DNA of 64,000 nt from assembly GCA_963514005.1 (NCBI GenBank), contig OY740810.1, forward strand, positions 20,026,001 through 20,090,000, in the 5' to 3' direction. The notes beneath the pieces were generated by a model. The model had not been told where the DNA came from and ran no database searches. It saw only the letters and a list, made by a program, of their open reading frames with translations. This document shows positions 58,900 through 64,000 of the stretch, in pieces. This stretch comes from Raja brachyura (lineage: Eukaryota). The translations under genes were made by a program, and so were the position numbers. How positions within the stretch are numbered: the stretch's first letter is position 1; the number at the start of each line of letters is the position of its first letter.

Positions 58900-61800
58900 T
58901 AAGCTTTTAAATACTACAGTGAGATCTCCATTATCTGAACAAGACAATCCACACAACCAAAGTCAATCACATTTTAGTTACATTTTAATTTCTCTGTCAA
59001 GCTTTATTTGTGATGTAAATGCTAGTGCCATCTTGAAACATTTGTACTCGTCATCAATGTGTAAATGCCAGTGCCCTCTTGAGGCCAGGAGTGCAAGCTA
59101 TGGAGTGTGCCTGTGCCTCGTGACTGATTACAAGTGACCTTCTAGTAGTTTCTGTTGGTTGTTGGGGATAATAAACTTTTCTTACAAGATGTTGGACGTG
59201 TATTAATTGTGCTAGTCACAACAGGATCATACAGCAGGCATTACACTATCTGCCCACGGGAAAGTGGTAGTGACCTGTCTTCTGGAATGTCTACATTCCT
59301 TTTGGCGAAGGTGCTCCAAGAGTGTGGGTGGATAGGGAGATCCAGGATTTATACCCATTGATAATAAAGCTCCATCAACATATCTCCAATACAAGATGCT
59401 ATTGAAGCTTATAAGTGACTGTACATGTGGTGGTAAAACCATGCATCTTCTGCCATGTGTTCTTGGTAAACAAACTCACAGTTTGGAAGTGTTATCATTG
59501 TAGCATGGGAAATAACTCCAGAGCATTTGTAGATTGGACACAGTAGATATTGTACTCCAGTGTTAGAAGCAATTAATCTTCAGGGTGGTGGTTAAGCAGC
59601 CACCAAATGGCTTGTCTTGTCTACGCCTTGTCTTAGACAGTGTTAAGCTTTAGGAATGTTGTTGGAGCTGTGTTCATCTCGCTGGATGAAGAGTATTCCA
59701 ATCAAGAGCACTTGACTTGGACCTTGGTGAAATGGTGAAAGTTTCTGTGGTAGCGGGAGTTAGATCAATCAATTCAACATATGCTGCATTTGGCCTTCCT
59801 GTTCGTGGAGAATTCACAACTGGTCCAGTTGAATTTATGTTCAATGCTGATCCTCATGGTGGGGAGGGGGCTCAGAGATAGTGATGCTATTGAATGCCAA
59901 GGGTAGGCGGTTAGACTTACACTTGTTGGACATGGTCATGGTCTGGCATTTCTATATTGTGGACATTACTTGCCACTTATCTGCCCATCTTTCAACATTG
60001 TCTAGATCTGCTGCATGCTGAAAGGCATTAAAGTCCCCAAAAAGAGTACACCTGCCACCTCACCACTTTCATTTCTTCTCTCATGGTTTATTGATGTGTG
60101 CCAGCGGGACTTCCATTGAGCCCATCCCATTGTATAAGATAGAAGAAAACTGCTCACTACCAATCTGTTAAACTGACATCAATAGTTGCTGAAACCTACA
60201 ATCAAGGATGTGAGATCAGGTCTCCTAGGAAATAATTACATGATTAAGCAGAATCAACACAGATTTGTGAAATTCACACTTTACTGACCAATTGGATGTC
60301 TGAGGATGTATCTGGTAAAATAGATGAAGATGATAACCTGGGATTGCTGAATAATTATGAACTCAATATGTATGGTGCCCAGAGCTCAACAGAAAACACC
60401 AGTTGTGGCCGAACCAGTGTTTTCTCAAAGTTCCTATCATGACTTACATACTGTTGCTCTCTATGTCTCTGCTGATGAGGACCTGTGTCACCTTGACTTG
60501 TGCTTTTCAATAAAACATGCACATACACCTCTAGATAGTTCTGTTCTTGCACTGTTTTTACAATTGTACACTCTGCTTTGTATTGCCCTTTCAGGTTCCT
60601 TCTACCAAACAGTAACTCCCATCAATCTTCATTGTTAATTTATATATTGGACAAAGTCAACATAAGTTGATAGAAGGGACTTTCAGCAGTGGCTGAACCA
60701 GATAAGTGGCTAAGAGATTATTATATGAGTGGAGATAGGTTGGCAAAGTGGAGACCTGGGCGTGGTTGTATGCCAGTTGCTGAAGGCAAGCAGTGAGGAG
60801 GCCAAGGAGGAGAATGACAATCTCACCAAATCTTTGACTCGCAATCATGAGCGATTGTGGAATACCCTCCTCAAGTTTGGCTCCCAATGAAATCCATCTC
60901 CAACTTATGTTTATTCTGCAAATTTTCTACAACAGAATCATTCGTTCTGAAAACCAATGGTGAATGAAGGTTCCCAGTTGCACAAACATTTTTCTCAATG
61001 TTTCTTGCTGCATGTTGCATCAAATTGGGAGTGGAGATGATGGGAATCATCTGGGAATGGGAAACTAATGGGAAATTGTTAAACCTCTGATAACAGCATG
61101 CCAGACTGAAAACTAGCCAAACCTTAGTAGGCAAACTCCTCATGGAGATGATGCTGCTATTAATGAGCCATTCACCATTGCATTAAATGTTTCAGCACAC
61201 ATTTTGGGGAAAATAGTACTTTAAAACCAAGGCTGCAGCACTGGCTCAAAGCCGTGGTCTACCGGGGAACTGTATTTCCTGCTTCCTTTCTGTTTCTGAC
61301 AACTGAACTTGCTGCAGCAGGCATCACATGGCACTGCAGAAGAACCGCCAACAGTATCTCCATGGAATCCATCAAATTCATTGCAAACACCAGTGATACA
61401 CTGCCATTGTCCACTCCAAGACGAACATCACATGTTCTGTTGCCTGTGTTGTGCAGGTTGATTTGTTCGCATACCCTTGTTCATACTTTTGGAACACATA
61501 GACTATTATAAGCTCTGTCATGAGTGAGGCCACATGCAAACTGGAGGAACAGCCCCTCATATTGTAGTATAATGTCATTTCAAGTCAATTCAAATAATTT
61601 CCCCATCTAACCCTCCTCTATCACCTGGGTGCGCATCTATTTCTCCCACCATCTCCCACTGCCCCAGTCACCCTGCTCCACCCCTTCACTCATCTCCTGC
61701 CCCCATGTCCCCATTTACCTATTATCTGTTCCTCTTTCCCCTCCCCTCTGCCACTTCCCTTCCATAGCACCCTCTCTGGCTTCATACGATAATGACAATG

Positions 61801-62839
61801 ACACAAGGTCTCACATGGCAGCAGGTCAAAACAGTAAAATGCTATGGGACACATGAGTTGTGGCTCCTCATCCAACTGATGGAGTAGAGAAGAATGAAAG
61901 CTGGAGAAGGTGGGTGGGGTTGGGAAAAATACTGGTAAGTCTGTGTCGGATGAGTGGTTGCAATTGGCAGATGGGTGGACCAAGTGACAACGGCTGGAGG
62001 CTAAAAGGGCACAAAAGGGTGTCAGTTAAAGAGAGCAGAGGAAGAGTGAAATATAAACCTCCTCTATTGTATTTGGAGCTCCTTATGTGACCTCCTTTAC
62101 ATCAGTGAGACCAAGCATATAGTAAACAACCATTTCGCCAAATACTTGCACTCTGTCCACCAAGGTCTACTGGATCTCCCCGTTCCTGTCATTTTAACTC
62201 CCCTTCCCTTTCCCATACTGATCTTTCAGACCAGATGGACAGGATTTATAGGCATGCTCAAAGCCGTTTCAGTAAAGCAACATCACCACTAACTCCAGGG
62301 ACTCTATGGCTTTCGTTGTCTCTGTACTGTACACTGACAATGACAATTAAAATTGAATCTGAATCTGAATCTGAATCTGAATGAGCATTCAGGTCGAAAT
62401 GGAGCATTCGGTTTTGAAAATTGTATTTGTTGAGGTCATGTGTCAGCAACACAGACAAACCCATATGTGATGGAGGGAGTGGACCAGCTCACAAACTACA
62501 CACCCTCATACTGAAGGGTCTGTGATTCCACATTATTCTCATTGGCCAGTTCATGTCCAACAAAACTGGAATGGAAGGAAGTCACCCTCCGTCCCTAGAG
62601 ATTGTCTAAGAAGATTCACACCACATTCACCCTCCTCTCATTCCTTCTCTACCCTACCATGTATGGAGGAATATTTAGTCCTTCATGAATTATAACTCAT
62701 TGCCACAATATCACATGCTCTTTTTCAACTTCTTTTAAATGCTACACTCCTGTGTTCATTCCCTGCCAAACCATCTTAAACCTTTCCTCTTTCTCCGGCT
62801 AAACTTCCCATGATGTGGCTCCTTCTAGCACTTTGAGGA

Positions 62840-63070
62840 AGCATCCTGCAGGCCTTGGATGTGCCCATTCTGCAACTGGATCCTCCACTTCCTGACCCAT
62901 AGACCACATTCAGTTAGGACGTTTGACAACTCCTGCTCCAAGATATTTCTCAACACTGGTGCCCTGCAAGGCATCGTTCTCAGACCCTTATTGTACTCCC
63001 AATACACTCACAACTGTGTGGCCAAATTCTGCTTTAACTTTGTTTACCGGTTTGCAGATTATACCATGGT
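62840..63070 (+). mobile_element. Rex1/Babar RT fragment
   Basis: CNWILHFLTHRP...NTGALQGIVLRPLLYSQYTH. Confidence 0.8.
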
Positions 63071-63499
63071 ACCACAACAATCAGATGGAGTAAAGGAAGG
63101 GCAGAGGGAACAGGGTGCCACACAGGTGCACTGACCCATCTGCCACTTCTTTGTCTCTCTAGTAGTTTCCCGCTCCCCCACTGCCAGCACTCACTTTAGG
63201 TGGAGGATGACCGCCTCCTGAAACCTGCTGCACATGAAACATTCGGCCTTGGGATCAAGGTCCATTTGAGCATGGACTGTTGGTGTTGGAGCTCCAAACG
63301 CAGAGCTTGAGCTGATCTAGCTGGCATTACTTCCTGTATCTTAGCTTGTCCAGGAATCAGGAAGCATTGTATGTTCCCAGACCCCACTGTGCACCCATTT
63401 CGATGGCTTTGAGATTCCTTCCCATGCCTCTTTTTATTAGTCCTTCTCAATTAATAAAGAATTCAATCAAAACACTATGACTATTCAATAGACCATTGC

Positions 63500-63830
63500 C
63501 CAACTTCAACCAAACAAACTTATTTAATTCCGTGGGTCTTTGTTGAAGACAACTCTTGTGTAACTCACTGGGACCCTGTCTCCTGCTCTATGTTTACACA
63601 ACGTATTTCACTAGACCCTGTGACTTATCAAGCTTTAATTTTCCACATTCTTGGAATACGGATGCCACTGGCAAGGCCAGTTGTTGCCATTCCAGTGGTG
63701 CCTGGACACATTAATGGCTGAGACCGTTCTATTGGTGGCTGTAGATCTCTGACTGGGTTGCTTGGAAACTTCTGAGGCAGACAATGGGACTGGAAACATT
63801 CACAGGGAAGCATGGGAGGTTCCCTCCACA
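63500..63830 (-). repeat. Dispersed repeat (possibly an LTR), inverted homolog of about 39640-39980
   Basis: GGGTCTTTGTTGAAGACAA pairs with TTGTCTTCAACAAAGACCC, with collinear flanks. Confidence 0.65.
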
Positions 63831-64000
63831 AAGAGTTAATGAGTCTTCTGGTGTTTCAGACCATCAACAATTCATTGTGACTGCGACCAATTTCCATCCT
63901 CACGCTTAGACTGCATTAGTAGGTTTAGGGATTCCTTAAATGATACAGCACTGAAACAGGTCCTTTGGCACACGTTGTCCATTCCAACCAGGATGCCAAT

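Overview
Repeat-dense genomic DNA from a cartilaginous fish, probably a skate or ray (inferred from the CR1, V-SINE and Penelope repeat set and the clustered Ig organisation). The only host genes I can support are two tandem minus-strand immunoglobulin light-chain L-V-J-C clusters of the sigma (type IV) isotype. Cluster A (37577..34821) is intact and unrearranged: promoter, leader, V with a near-canonical 12-RSS, a single J with a perfect heptamer but no recognisable nonamer, and a C exon with polyA signals. Cluster B (28340..21820) is a pseudogene: frameshifted leader, W-to-stop in V, a CR1 LINE replacing the 3' half of V, a J lacking heptamer and splice donor, and a C exon kept open by two compensating deletions. 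Around cluster A are motif clusters resembling mammalian Igk control elements: intronic kB/E-box sites, an isolated intronic heptamer, a 3' octamer/EICE region and a downstream orphan 23-RSS. These motif assignments are hypotheses. At 47.5-56.3 kb an old inverted duplication, overlaid by a younger tandem duplication, preserves a highly conserved enhancer-like core. The remainder is nested TE debris: CR1, HERO-like, Rex1/Babar, Penelope, Gypsy, hAT, Tc1, PIF/Harbinger MITE, Helitron and SINEs. Ig exon, RSS, TIR and TSD coordinates were counted by hand; degenerate TE boundaries and percent identities are approximate.
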